From NCBI RefSeq assembly GCF_963921235.1, contig NC_086108.1, forward strand, positions 27,406,001 to 27,470,000: DNA of 64,000 bases, given 5' to 3'. Positions within the stretch are counted from its first letter, which is position 1. Every line of letters begins with the position of its first letter. A model generated the notes under the pieces. That model was not told where the DNA came from, searched no databases, and saw only the letters and a list, made by a program, of their open reading frames with translations. Below, piece after piece: positions 13,728 through 26,061 of this stretch. The position numbers were made by a program, and so were the translations under genes. This stretch comes from Mobula hypostoma. Lineage: Eukaryota.

Positions 13728-14163
13728 TGTATTCTGGAGTCAGGGTATATCGCAAATAGTAATTTCACCAGCAACCAATCATCTGACTTGAATGTGGGTT
13801 ATAGATTGGATTTAAAATGCTGTTCGGAATAATTAGACCTCATATGCCTGCATATGAATGAATGCGGCCGAGAGCCAGTGGAGATTAACATTTCTTTTCT
13901 GTGGCTGCCGTGTGAGTGCGAAGGAAGAAGTATTTGAAAACTAGATGTAGTTCAAAGCAGGCGTTGTACATACATTGTAACTATAGAATTGTTCTGCTGT
14001 TACCTTTGATCTTTAGCATATAAAATGTCATGTAATACTGGGTTTAACAGGCCTCTTCTTACAAGAGTGTCCCAGTATGACACCTGCTGCTCATATTTGA
14101 TGAATAAAATACTTCTATATCCATTAGCTTCAGAAACTTTCCATTGACTTTGTTCACATTACA
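13728..14163 (+). mobile_element. Possible solo LTR
   Basis: TGTA...TTACA ends; CCAAT at ~13775, TTTAAAA at ~13811, AATAAA at ~14103. No TSD found. Confidence 0.35.
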
Positions 14164-14191
14164 ATAAGTTCTGGAAGGTCATCAACTTAAG

Positions 14192-14735
14192 TGTAGGGTT
14201 TCTCTGTAATGTTACCTGATGAGGTAATGGTTTCTCTGTAGCAGCAATGCAATGTTTGGGTTATAACTACAGATAACAGATGGCTATCCAATGGGAGAAA
14301 TGTTATTCTTTCTTGTATGTCTGGGAGCCGGTGTTTTCGTGGGCTTTCGGTCAAGGAGAGTGATGAGGAAGGATGTGTGTGGAGAGCACTGGGAGACCAC
14401 CGGAGAGTGTATACTGGTATCCGAGGGTCTGAGGGTCAGTGACATTTCGGCAGAGGTTGTTTGTGGAGGAATACCTGCTGAGTGAGCTCCAAGGTATATT
14501 GAGACTTTAACTTTGGGCCCTTTTATTTTTATTTGTTTATTTTCCTACTAACCCTATATTCGGATTAAGATTCATAAAGTTTATCATTTGATTGTATATG
14601 GTGTGATATTTTGCACTGGGGGTTTGTGAACAGGAGTACATTACACCCCATCCACCCAAACTTGAATACCCTGTTTGGTGGGGCCCAAAGCTGATTCCCC
14701 TAGACAGACGTGAGCGGTGAGCCTGGTGGGTTACA
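14192..14735 (+). mobile_element. 5' LTR of a Ty3/Gypsy provirus
   Basis: TGTA...GGTTACA, followed by a PBS-like sequence and a gag ORF; shares blocks (TGTTTGGGTT, TGAGCTCCAA, CCTACTAAC, CCCTAGA) with the LTR at 33325-35044. Confidence 0.8.
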
Positions 14736-14739
14736 TTTG

Positions 14740-14759
14740 TGAGGGCTACGTCCTGGGAT
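14740..14759 (+). promoter_or_regulatory. Degenerate primer-binding site, tRNA-Pro-like
   Basis: TGAGGGCTACGTCCTGGGAT compared with the canonical tRNA-Pro PBS TGGGGGCTCGTCCGGGAT; lies just after the LTR end. Confidence 0.6.
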
Positions 14760-14807
14760 TGATTCAGTTGGATGCTGTGTGATCGCTCTGTTTAATTTAG
14801 TGCTGAT

Positions 14808-15986
14808 ATGGATGCTGCTGGGGTCGAACGCTGGTGTGCATCTAAGGGATTACTGGTAATTAATACATGCATGTTGAGTTGGGTGGATATTTGTACCCCG
14901 GATGAATTGTTAATTCGTTGTTTGAGTATGGTTAAAGCGGTTGGCAAGGTTGAACTCATAGAACAGAAGTTTGATAAAATGACGAGTTCAGACATTGTTT
15001 TAGTTCAGACTAGCACTGACGTAATGGCAGTAGGACTGCCATTGTCTATTGGTGACCCAGGTGAGGTGGGGCCATGGAGCGTCCATACTGTCAGGGAGGG
15101 GGAGAACGGAGCCCAGCAAGCTGGGGCACAAGCTGAGCTGCCCACAGTTGGGGGCGGAGATTTCAGAGACAGGGTTCTACCATTTCTGAGGGATGAAGGG
15201 AAAGAGTGGTCAGATTTGGAAAGCTTGATTAGTTCCCGTCCCCCAGTGAAGGGTGAGAGTTCTGAGTTGGCATCCACCATTACCTCCCTGGCGAGTAAGG
15301 CAGTGGGTCCCCGCCAGAAGCTCAGAATTTTCTCTGGAACAACGCCCACCCCCAAGGGGGAGGAGGATTATGAGACGTGGGTGAAGCAGAACTCTCAGTT
15401 GTTAGGTGAGTGGCAGTGTTCTGAGGATGAAAAGCGACAGAGATTGGTTGGGAGTTTGAGGGGGTTGACGGCTGAGGTAGTAAGAGCCGTGAACGTTAAC
15501 CAGCCCTCTACCTCCCTTACTGAGTATCTGGATGCATTGGAGAACGCTTTTGGTCTGACCGGGAGCCCCTGGGGGAGTTTCAAAACATACGTCAGGAGGA
15601 AGGGGAGAAGCTTTCCGCGTACCTTTCTTGGCTAGAGAGACGGCTAAGTTGTTTGCGGCGCCAGGGGGTCATTCGGGCGGCTGAGGTGGATCAGTTAAGG
15701 ATGGACCAAGTAACCAAGGGTGCCCAGGCCCAGGACAGGATGACTTGGGGTCTCCGGCAGTCCCGTAGAATGCACCCCCCTCCATCGTTCGTTCAGCTGA
15801 TCAGAGAGGTGCAGGAGAATGAGAACGAGTTGGGGCCGTGAGAGGACTCCATCAGCAGGGTGAAGTCCTCGGTAGTAACCGCTTGTGGTGAAGTGACCAG
15901 GGCCAGCTCAACCCGGGAAGTGGTAAAGGAGGTAGTGGTAGAGCTGAGAACTGAGAGGTCACGGGGGTTCATGGCCGGTGTGGACC
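14808..15986 (+). pseudogene. PNMA/MOAP1-like Gypsy gag (capsid), frameshifted and 3'-truncated
   Basis: ORF 14808-15635 has a PNMA-type N-terminus and KLRIFSG..PKGEEDYETW...WQCSEDEKRQRLVGSLRG. After a frameshift near 15570 it continues EFQNIRQEEGEKLSAYLSWLERRL (major homology region); TGA at 15839-15841; no pol. Confidence 0.85.
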
Positions 15987-16369
15987 CTTAACGTTAGCTC
16001 TGATTATATTTATCCTAGTAGTTCTTCGGAATATCCTGTGGATTTCAATCAGCTCACCATTTAATTAATTTAAATTCCAGAGATGGCTTGAACAATCCGC
16101 TCTTATAATTTAACCTTTGCAGTTTGGTTGCAGCATAACATCAGAACCCCTCTTTTACTGGTGTGACTGCTGCAGTTGCTGCCTCTCAGCTCAAGCAAAG
16201 TAGGGTCAGTACTGACCTCCAGCATTATCTGCATGAAATCATTAAGTCAGACAGCTTGGTTCTTTCAATTCAACTCGTCCATACTGACGAAGGTTCCCAT
16301 CCGAGCTGTCTGCATTACCCATTTGCTTGTATTTGCGCCATATCCCTCTAAGCCTTTCCTATCCATGTA

Positions 16370-16435
16370 CAGAATTGTGCAAAGGTCTTAGGCACGTTTA
16401 TATAGGTAGAGTGCCTATGACTTTTGTACATACTG
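16370..16435. mobile_element. Tc1/mariner-derived palindromic MITE
   Basis: TA|CAGAATTGTGCAAAGGTCTTAGGCAC...GTGCCTATGACTTTTGTACATACTG|TA: ~26-bp imperfect TIRs and a TA duplication. A further CAGTACTGTGCAA end lies at ~16847. Confidence 0.65.
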
Positions 16436-16914
16436 TATTTGTCAACATGGAGTGGAGAGCAAGTTTATAAGTTTGGCAGAAGCAAAGGATGTTGGGAATG
16501 ACAAGGGTGGAGTGTCGCAGGAGGGGTGTGGGACAGGTGGCAGAGAAGGAGTGTCAGGGGCAGGGGGTGGTGCAGGTGCAGATACACCCAACTGAGACAC
16601 CATGCGAGATAATTTGATTCCAAACATTAGGTTTATTGATCATTACAGAATATCTCCCTAGTGCTTTCTATGCCCTTCCCTCTTCCTTCTCCTTTTCCCA
16701 ACCATGATTCTCCTCTCCCTGTCCCCTTCTCACTCTCAGTCCACAATAGAGACCCATATCAGAATCAGGTTTATCATCACTCACAAATGTCATGAATTTT
16801 TTTCTTTTTTTGCCGTAGCAGTACAGCGCAATACATAAAATTTCTACAGTACTGTGCAAGTACCTTTTAAGTGCTGAAGAATTATCTGCCTCAACGATTT
16901 TCCTTTCTGGAATT

Positions 16915-17110
16915 TTTGCTTTCTCCTAAGTGCTTCTGTTACCTTCCACATCCAGAAGATGTGCAGGTTTGTAGGTTAATTGGCCCCTGTAAATTGCCAT
17001 GAGAGTGGAGGTGAATGGTAGAGAGTGGAGGTGGTGGGAATTTATGGGAATGTGGTGACAATAAAATGGAATTGATGTAAAATTAGTGTGGCTAGGTATT
17101 GTACTGAAGG
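16915..17110 (+). mobile_element. HE1/V-SINE-like fragment
   Basis: CCACATCCAGAAGATGTGCAGGTTTGTAGGTTAATTGGCCCCTGTAAATTG matches the V-domain core. Confidence 0.6.
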
Positions 17111-19194
17111 ACCCACTTCAGATCCATTATACAAGTCTGAGAAGTATACGGGCCTAATGCTGGCAAACAGTCTTAGCTCCAATCAGCGTGGTCAGCATGG
17201 ATGATTTGACTCCGAGGGCCTGGTGTCGTGTTGTATGACTCAATGGCCATGAGCAGCAGTTGAAATGTCCATTCTGCTCCTCAGCACTGTTTCAGTGTTC
17301 AGCTGGATCATGGCTGATCTTTTATCTCAGTACTGCTTTCCTCCTCTAACCCTAAACCCACCAAATATATTGACCTGCCCTGAACGCATTCAGTTACTGA
17401 TCCTCCACAGCCGCTTTGAACATGCAGTCCAAAGATTTACCCTCCTCCGGGAGAAGAAACTTCTCTTTAAATGTGCCCTCAATTTCAGACTGTGACCCCA
17501 GGTTTAAGAGACCCCAGCTATGGGAAAATATCCCTTCTAGGTACATATACTTCGTCAAGCCTCAGAAGAACAATGCACTTTTTTAATGAAATCATCCCAT
17601 TCTTTGAAATTCAAGAGAGTATAAACCCAGGCTATTTAATCTCTTCTCATATAACTGGTAAATATTATATGTGATTTAATGCATTGCAATACATTGTCAA
17701 AGCCAGGACAATATGGCAGAAGGCAATACAGCACTTAAGTGATCAATTAGTGACAACCAACACCCACCCCCCCAGCTACTTAAATTAACATTCAAGATTT
17801 GTGAAAAAATAAACAGTCGTTAGTTCCACCTTTAAAACAGGACTGTTTACAGTGTTGAAACTAGTAAGTTGGTTGTTTAATATATTCTCATTGCTGTGAT
17901 TTCTGTATTTTACATCTCTGCAGGGCCATGCTGCTCACCTTTCCATTCCTCGCTCCCTCCAAATTATCTTTCTTTCTAGTTGTTGATTTTTTTTAATTTG
18001 TAGAACGTGCAGCCACCAGTGAAGCGTGCGACAGATTCACCGGCGATCGAACAATGCAACTTCTGTGTGGCTCTGACATCTGTTCAGGGGTTAAGATAAA
18101 TGCTGTGCCATGGAGAAATGGTTTTGGAGCAGGAGAGATAACTGGGGAGCAATGTTTAACAGCATCTATGACTCAATCTGATGAGGAGATATTTTTGCTG
18201 TCACTACAGTAGATGGTAGATTCAGTAATAACCACCAGTCTCCAAGGCACAGTGGAACAAGCTAACTGTTGGAGCTTTAATAACTGAGGAGACCTGATGT
18301 GTGAGTGCAAACAATGTAATTGCTGTCCTCTCTGATATGGGTTAGTCTCTTTGTGCTTTACCCATTGACAAACAAGAGTGGATGACAAGAGTAAAGCAGT
18401 GTTTTTGTCAGACATCTGACAATTCGTAAGAGTCAATAGACATGTCTTTTTGTCTGCCGCAACCTTTCGGTCCACTTAGTTGAAACCACAACACACACAA
18501 TTTCTAGTCGGCTCTGTCTGAGAGTTCATGACCTAATGTGGAAACATACTCTCCTTGATCAAAGTGAAAGTAAATGCATTATGCATAAGTGGCTTCCACA
18601 GGTGAACTGAGAATAGGCAGGATTACAATGTGATAAATGGATAATGGTACTCCATAAGACTTCGTGAACAAAAAAATCACATTGCACTTATTTTATTGAT
18701 CATAGAAACAAAATTAAAATTTCCTGTTCTTTGTTTTCATGTATCTTGTACAGAATTTAATGATTCTACTCTGAATAACTGATCTTGATTTGTTAAGGCA
18801 ACTATAGCCAGTCTTATTTATTTACAGGAAGTGAGCATCACAGGTAAGGCTAGCATTTAGTGGTCAAACTCAACAGCCAAAAACCTCCAAGAGGACCACA
18901 ACCTTGTCATGGTTTGCTTGCCTGCGTACCTCAATGACCCAGAGAGCTATGGCTAGAGTAAGGGCTTTATGCTTTGGCTCTTGGTAGGGTGACCCTTGCT
19001 AAACAGGTTGAAGTGTAGATGCTAAGAGTGGTCCTCCAGGTTTGTGGGTTCAATCCTGATGGGTAAAACAAAATTGTTATGGAAACATCAATGAAGAATC
19101 CTTCTACATCTGAGTGCAACAGTACTTCGGAGTCTCCACCCAGGACTTGTAAGACTAACAGTAGTGAAAACCGAGGAGAAGCTATTGACACACA

Positions 19195-22100
19195 CAATTG
19201 AATAATGAATATGATATAATTGGGATCACAGAGACATAGCTCCAGGGTGACCAAGGATGGGAGCTCAACATTCAAGGATATTCAATATTCAGGAGGGATA
19301 GACATGAAAAAAAAGGAGGTGGGGTAGCATTGCTGGTTAGAGAGGAGATTAATGCAGTAGAAAGAAAGGACATTAGCCTGGAGGATGCGGAATCGAAATG
19401 GGTAGAGCTGCATAACACTAAGGGGCAGAAGACGCTGGCTGGAGTTGTGTACAGGCCACCTAACAGTAGTAGTGAGGTTGGGGATGACATTAAACAGGAA
19501 ATTTTAAATGCATGCAATAAAGGAATAGCAGTAATAATGGGTGACTTCAATCTACATATAGATTGGGTGAACCAAATTGGGAAGGGTGCTGAGGAAGAGG
19601 ATTTCTTGGAATGTATGCGGGATGGTTTTCTGAACCAACATGTTGAGGAACCAACTAGAGAGCAGGCCATCCGAGACTGGGTATTGAGCAATGAGGAAGG
19701 GTTAGTTAGCAATCTTGTTGTGCGAGGCCCCTTGGGTAAGAGTGACCATAATACGGTGGAATTCTTCATTAAGATGGAGAGTGACATAGTTAATTCAGAA
19801 ACAAAGGTTCTGAAGTTAAAGAAGGGTAACTTTGAAGGTATGAGATGTGAATTAGCTAAGATACACTGGCAAATGATACTTAAAGGGTTGACGTTGGATA
19901 TGCAATGGCAAGCATTTAAAGATCGCATGGATGAACTACGACAATTGTTCATACCAGTTTGGCAAAGGAATATAGAAACATAGAAACATAGAAAATAGGT
20001 GCAGGAGTAGGCCATTCGGCCCTTCGAGCCATTTATTATGATCATGGCTGATCATCCAACTCAGAACCCCGCCCCAGCCTTCCCTCCATACCCCCTGACC
20101 CCTGTAGCCACAAGGGCCATATCTAACTCCCTCTTAAACATAGCCAATGAAATGGCCTCAACAGTTTCCTGTGGCAGAGAATTCCACAGATTCACCACTC
20201 TCTGTGTGAAGAAGTTTTTCCTAATCTCGGTCCTAAAAGGCTTCCCCTCTATCCTCAAACTGTGACCCCTTCTTCTGGACTTCCCCAACATCGGGAACAA
20301 TCTTCCTGCATCTAGCCTGTCCAATCCCTTTAGGATCTTATACGTTTCAATCAGATCCCCCCTCAATCTTCTAAATTCCAACGAGTACAAGCCCAGTTCA
20401 TCCAGTCTTTCTTCATATGAAAGTCCTGCCATCCCAGGAATCAATCTGGTGAACCTTCTTTGTACTCCCTCTATGGCAAAGATGTCTTTCCTCATATTAG
20501 GGGACCAAAACTGCACACAATACTCCAGGTGTGGTCTCACCAAGGCCTTGTACAACTGCAGTAGTACCTCCCTGCTCCTGTACTCGAATCCTCTCGCTAT
20601 AAATGCCAGCATACCATTCACCTTTTTCACCGCCTGCTGTACCTGCATGCCCACTTTCAATGACTGGTGTATAATGACACCCAGGTCTCGTTGCACCTCC
20701 CCTTTTCCTAATCGGCCACCATTCAGATAATAATCTGTTTTCCTATTTTTGCCACCAAAGTGGATAACTTCACATTTATCCACATTAAATTGCATCTGCC
20801 ATGAGTTTGCCCACTCACCCAACCTATCCAAGTCACCCTGCATCCTCTTAGCATCCTCCTCACAGCTAACACTGCCGCCCAGCTTCGTGTCATCCGCAAA
20901 CTTGGAGATGCTGCATTTAATTCCCTCATCCAAGTCATTAATATATATTGTAAACAACTGGGGTCCCAGCACTGAGCCTTGCGGTACCCCACTGGTCACC
21001 ACCTGCCATTCTGAAAAGGTCCCGTTTATTCCCACTCTTTGCTTCCTGTCTGCTAACCAATTCTCCACCCACACCAATACCAGGGAAGGTAGTGCATCCA
21101 TGGCTGACAAGGGAAATTAGGGATAGTATCAATTCCAAAGAAGAAGCATACAAATTAGCCAGAAAAAGCGGCACACCTGAGGACTGGGAGAAATTCAGTG
21201 TCCAGCAGAGGATGACAAAGGGCTTAATTAGGAAAGGGAAAAAAGATTATGAGAGAAAACTGGCAGGGAACATAAAAACAGACCGTAAAAGCTTTTATGG
21301 ATATGTGAAAAGAAAAAGATTGGTTAAGACAAATGTAGGTCCCTTACAGTCAGAAACAGGTGAATTGATCATGGGGAACAAGGACATGGCTGACCAATTG
21401 AATAACTACTTTGGTTCTGTCTTCACTAAGGAGACATAAATAATCTTCTGGAAATAGTAGGGAACCGAGGGTCTAGTGAGATGAAGGAACTGAGGGAAAT
21501 ACATGTTAGTAAGGAAGTGGTGTTAGGTAAATTGAAGGGATTAAAGGCAGATAAATCCCCAGGGCCAGATGGTCTGCATCCCAGAGTGCTTAAAGAAGTA
21601 GCCCAAGAAATAGTGGATGCATTAGTGATAACTTTTCAAAACTCTTTAGATTCTGGACTAGTTCCTGAGGATTGGAGTGTGACTAATATAACCCAACCTT
21701 TTAAAAAAGGAGTGAGAGAGAAACCAGGGAATTATAGACTAGTTAGCCTGACATCAGTGGTGCGGAAAATGCTAGAGTCAGTTATCAAAGATGTGATAAC
21801 AGCACATTTGGAAAGCGGTGAAATCATCGGACAAAGTCAGCATGGATTTGTGAAAGGAAAATCATGTCTGACGAATCTCATAGAATTTTTTGAGGATGTA
21901 ACTAGTAGAGTGGATAGGGGAGAACCAGTGGGTGTGGTATATTTGGATTTTCAAAAGGCTTTTCACAAGGTCCCACACAGGAGATTAGTGTGCAAACTTA
22001 AAGCACACGGTATTGGGGGTAAGGTATTGATGTGGATAGAGAATTGGTTGGCAGACCGGAAGCAAAGAGTGGGAATAAACGGGACCTTTTCTGAATGGCA

Positions 22101-23115
22101 GGCAATGACTAGCAGGGTACCGCAAGGCTCAGTGCTGGGACCCCAGTTGTTTACAATATATATATTAATGACTTGGATAAGGGAATTAAATGCAGCATCT
22201 CCAAGTTTGCGGGTGACACGAAGCTGAGTGGAAGGGTTAGCTGTGAGGAGGATGCTAAGAGGATGCAGGGTGACTTGGATAGGTTAGGTGAGTGGGCAAA
22301 TTCATGGCAGATGCAATTTAATGTGGACAAACGTGAGGTTATCCACTTTGGTGGCAAGAACAGGAAAACAGATTATTATCTGAATGGTGGCCGATTAGGA
22401 AAAGGGGAGGTGCAACAAGACCTGGGTGTCATTATACACCAGTCATTGAAAGTGGGCATGCAGATACAGCAGGCGATGAAAAAGGCGAATGGTATGCTAG
22501 CGTTCATAGCAAAAGATTCGAGTACAGGAGCAGGGAGGTTCTACTGCAGTTGTACAGGGCCTTGGTGAGAACGCACCTGGAGTATTGTGTGCAGTTTTGG
22601 TCCCCTAATCTGAGAAAAGACATTCTTGCCATAGAGGGAGTACAAAGAAGGCTCACCAGATTGATTCCTGGGATGGCAGGACTTTCATATGATGAAAGAC
22701 TGGATCGACTAGGCTTATACTCGCTAGAATTTAGAAGATTGAGGGAGGATCTTATTGAAACGTATAAAATTCTAAAGGGATTGGACAGGCTAGATGCAGG
22801 AAGATTGTTCCCGATGTTGGGGAGGTCCAGAATGAGGGGTCACAGTTTAAGACCGAGATGAGGAAAAGCTTTTTCACACAGAGAGTGGTGAATCTGTGGA
22901 ATTCTCTGCCACAGGAAACAGTTGAGGCCAGTTCATTGGCCATATTTAAGAGGGAGTTAGATATGAACCTTGTAGCTAAAGGGATCAGGGGGTATGGAGA
23001 GAAGGCAGGTACAGGGTTCTGAGTTGGATGATCAGTCATAATCATACTGAATAGTGGTGCAGGCTCGAAGGGCCGAATGGCCTACTCCTGCACCTATTTT
23101 CTATGTTTCTATGTT
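19195..23115 (+). mobile_element. CR1 LINE ORF2 (APE endonuclease + RT), 5'-truncated, several frameshifts, interrupted at 19972-21080
   Basis: ORF 19330-19983 (VVYRPP, MGDFN, SDHN), 21092-21439, 21481-22227 (KSPGPDG, YLDFQKAF, VPQGSVLGP), 22173-22568, 22550-22861; tail (TTTCTATG)n. Confidence 0.95.
19972..21080 (-). mobile_element. Young 5'-truncated CR1 LINE inserted antisense in the host CR1
   Basis: Uninterrupted RT C-terminal frame (ORF 20061-21110: GVPQGSVLGP, KFADDTK); tail ATAGAAAC repeats; the host frame resumes at 21081. Confidence 0.95.
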
Positions 23116-23239
23116 TGAAGGAAGCTCTGGGCGGTACCAGAGATGGAGGACCTTTGTTACTGCCCTGAACACTAGCTGTCTAATGAGCAATAAGTAAGTA
23201 ATGGCCAAAACAAGTCTGCGGCAGTCACCATCTGCCTGA

Positions 23240-24345
23240 TCCTACATTCATCTCTGGAGCATCTGGAAAGTGAAGATTCATATGTCAGACTATTGTTTAT
23301 TGACTACAGTTCCACCATCAATACTATAATTCCAAGCAAACTCATCAACAGCTCCAGTCTCTTGGAGTCAATGCCTCCCTCTACAACTGGATCCTTGACT
23401 TTGTGACCAACAGATCTCAATCAGTAAGGACAGACAGCAATATGTCCACCACATTTATTCTCAACATTGGTGCCCCATAAAGTCGAGTTTGTCAGACGCA
23501 GAATCTACTTCTTGTACACTCATGACTGCTTGAACAGATTTGGCTCTAATTCCATCTACAGGTTTGCCGTAGAGGGTTATATCTAAATAACAATGACCAA
23601 AAGTACAGGAAGGAGATAGAAAGCTTAGTAACATGGTGTCATGACGACAACTTTTTATCAATGTCACTGAAACAAAAGATCTAGTCATTGAATTCAGGAA
23701 GGGGAGTGGTGCACATTCTTCTGTTTATATCAGTGGTGTTAAGTTTGAGAAGGTTGAGAGCTTCAAGTTCTTGAACAGCTGCATTGACCCCACAGCCAAT
23801 AGAGCTTACCAATGCATCTACTTCCTCAGGAAGCTAAAGAAATTTGGCATGTCCCCCTCGTCCCTGACCAATTTTCATCAGTGAGCCTTAGAAAACATCC
23901 TTTCTGGATGCATAATGGCTTGATATGGCAACTGTTCAGTACATGATGGCAAGAAACTGTAGAAAGTTGTGGACACAACTCAACACTTCACAAAAACCTG
24001 CCTCCCTTCCATGGTCTATACATGCTGCCTCAGTAAACTAGCCAGGATAATCAGAGACCCATCCATCCCAGCTATTTTCTTCTTTCACCTCTTCCATTGG
24101 GCAGAAGATGCAAAATCCTGAAATCACATGCCAACAGCCTTGGGAACAGCTTATGTCTATTAAATAGTTCCTTAGTATGATAAGGTGGACTCCTGACATC
24201 ATCTTATGATCTGTAGCTTTTACACTTTATTCATTGTTATTGGTTTACCTTCTTCTACCTCAATGCACAGTGAATAGTTTGACCTGTATGTACAACAAGC
24301 TTTTCATTGTACCTCCATATATGTGTCAGTAATAAACCAGTACCA
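23240..24345 (+). mobile_element. Rex1/Babar LINE RT 3' half, decayed
   Basis: Encodes YVRLLFIDYSS-like and LCNWILDF-like RT motifs, followed by the C-terminal region and 3' UTR. Confidence 0.75.
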
Positions 24346-24379
24346 ATTTCAGTTCCAAGTCCCTTGTGAAGTTGGTGGT

Positions 24380-26000
24380 ACGTTATTATCATGTGTGTGC
24401 ATGATAAAGAACTTCAGTTCCCAGTGTGCAAGTGTGTGGTTCTTGTTGAACTGGAAGTAACATTGGTGAATGTGTTACACATGCTTTTGGTGGGTTGGAG
24501 TGTCCTGAGTAAAATGTGGTCAAACTAAAGCCATTTTGTAATTAAACAATGTATATATTTTTGTCCATGCTGTTTGTCTTTACAAAAAATAAACATATCA
24601 TGGGGACAGAAGTTGGTGTGAGGTCTAAACATGGAGTGTAAATGAAAAACGTGAAAGACTAAGAAAGAGACGCTAATTCTGATGGCATAAAAGACTGTGC
24701 TAGAAGCAAGTGAGATTGGTAGCCAATGTGGCAACACAGCACACTGTCCAGAAGTTCACCAAGAGAGTAAAGTGCAAGATGACAAAGATTCTATAACGGA
24801 TAACCTAAGTCCTCCTGCACCTATGCAGTTTACTGGCAATTTAACAGATAACTGGAAATGCTTCAAACAGCAATTCAATATATGCTTAGCAATGAGCAGA
24901 GCTGGAGGGACAAAGAAAACATTGAAAGCATCTATCTTTCTGCACGTAATTGGTGAAGATGTTTTGGACATCTACAACAGCTTTCAAATTGATGAGACAG
25001 CCTTTAAATTGGACACTCTGTTGACAAAATCTGAGAAATATTTTGTCCCAAGTAAAAACATCACATTTGAGAGATATAAGTTTTTCTTGTGTGACCAGAA
25101 ACAAGGTGTTCGCTTTCACGAATATTTAGCTGAGCTTCACACACTGAGTAAGTCCTGTGAGTTTGGAAATTTGAGAAACTCACTAGTCAGGGATAAGATT
25201 GTTTGTAGAATCCCAGATAATGGGCTTGGAGAAAGCTTGGTCCATGAAAAACATCTGATGCTAGAAAATGCTTGAATATGCGTAAGGCAGTGGAGATCAC
25301 ACAAACTCATTGCTAAGGAGCTGCACAGAGCAGACACAACAGGGCATGTTGTGAAGACAGAGGATCAGAGTACAAGGTGCTTCCCTAAGCAACAGCAAAG
25401 CAAAGAGGAAGGCTGAAAAGGCAAATGCAGCAAATGTGCAGGCAGGCACATCCCAAAGATGTGTCCTGCTCATGGAAATTCCTGCAATAATTGTGTGAAT
25501 AAGAATGATTTTGCAAAGTGCTACAAAGCCGGGGCTACCAAGGGAAAGGTGCACACAGTTGCAGAGGAAATAGAGGAAGTCTTTCTGGATTCTCTACAGA
25601 CTGCTGGTGCTGCTGAGACAGAATGGACCATTCTAGTGACTGTGAATAAGACAGTGATTCCACTTAAGCTTGACACCGGAGCCCAGGTGGACTGTTACCT
25701 ACAGATGACAACAAAACTGTCAAAGTAAGGAGCAAGTTAAAAGTGACAGACTATCCTGGAGAGAACATTTCAGTAAATAGAGGCTGTATAGTGACCTTCC
25801 AGCACAAGGGGCAGCACCTAAAGTCATGGCCACTGATCATAGAAAAGAGAGCACAGCCAATATGACATCTGGGTGCATGTGAAAAGCTCAACCTGTTGAA
25901 AAGAATTCTTGCATTGGCTTCACAGACCAAAGATGACCATGCAACACTCATGGAAGAGTACACAGATGTTTTTGAGGAGCTTGGGGTGTTCACCTGAGAT
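24380..26000 (+). mobile_element. Ty3/Gypsy (Mag-like) fragment: LTR, PBS, gag, zinc knuckles, protease; truncated before RT
   Basis: LTR ends AATAAACATATCA (24600), then TGGGGACAGAAGTTGG (tRNA-Leu PBS-like). ORF 24697-25275 is gag (NWKCFKQQF, FERYKFF..DQ, CEFGNL...VRDKIV); ORF 25459-25728 has CPAHGNSCNNC and KLDTGAQV. Confidence 0.85.
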
Positions 26001-26061
26001 AGCTCAAGAAACTCATAACAGCATTATGTGAGCTCCAGAGAGGTTATGCAAGAGAAGCATA

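Larger units (their letters stand above)
18893..23200 (+). mobile_element. Bipartite RTE-derived element (18893-19192 + 23116-23200) split by a CR1 insertion
   Basis: 5' GGACCACAACCTTGTC...CTCAATGA...GTAGGGTGACCC...GTGGTCC resembles the RTE/BovB-type 5' end; the 3' part GATGGAGGACCTTTGTTACTGCCCT...TAAGTAAGTAA resumes after the CR1. Confidence 0.55.

Noticed and set aside
18828..18843. 16-nt microexon (TTTACAG|...CAG|GTAAG)
   Set aside because: The surrounding sequence looks like a decayed antisense LINE 3' end, and the length is not frame-preserving.
19272..20045. 257-aa minus-strand ORF
   Set aside because: Antisense shadow of the CR1 endonuclease region plus a CR1 tail.
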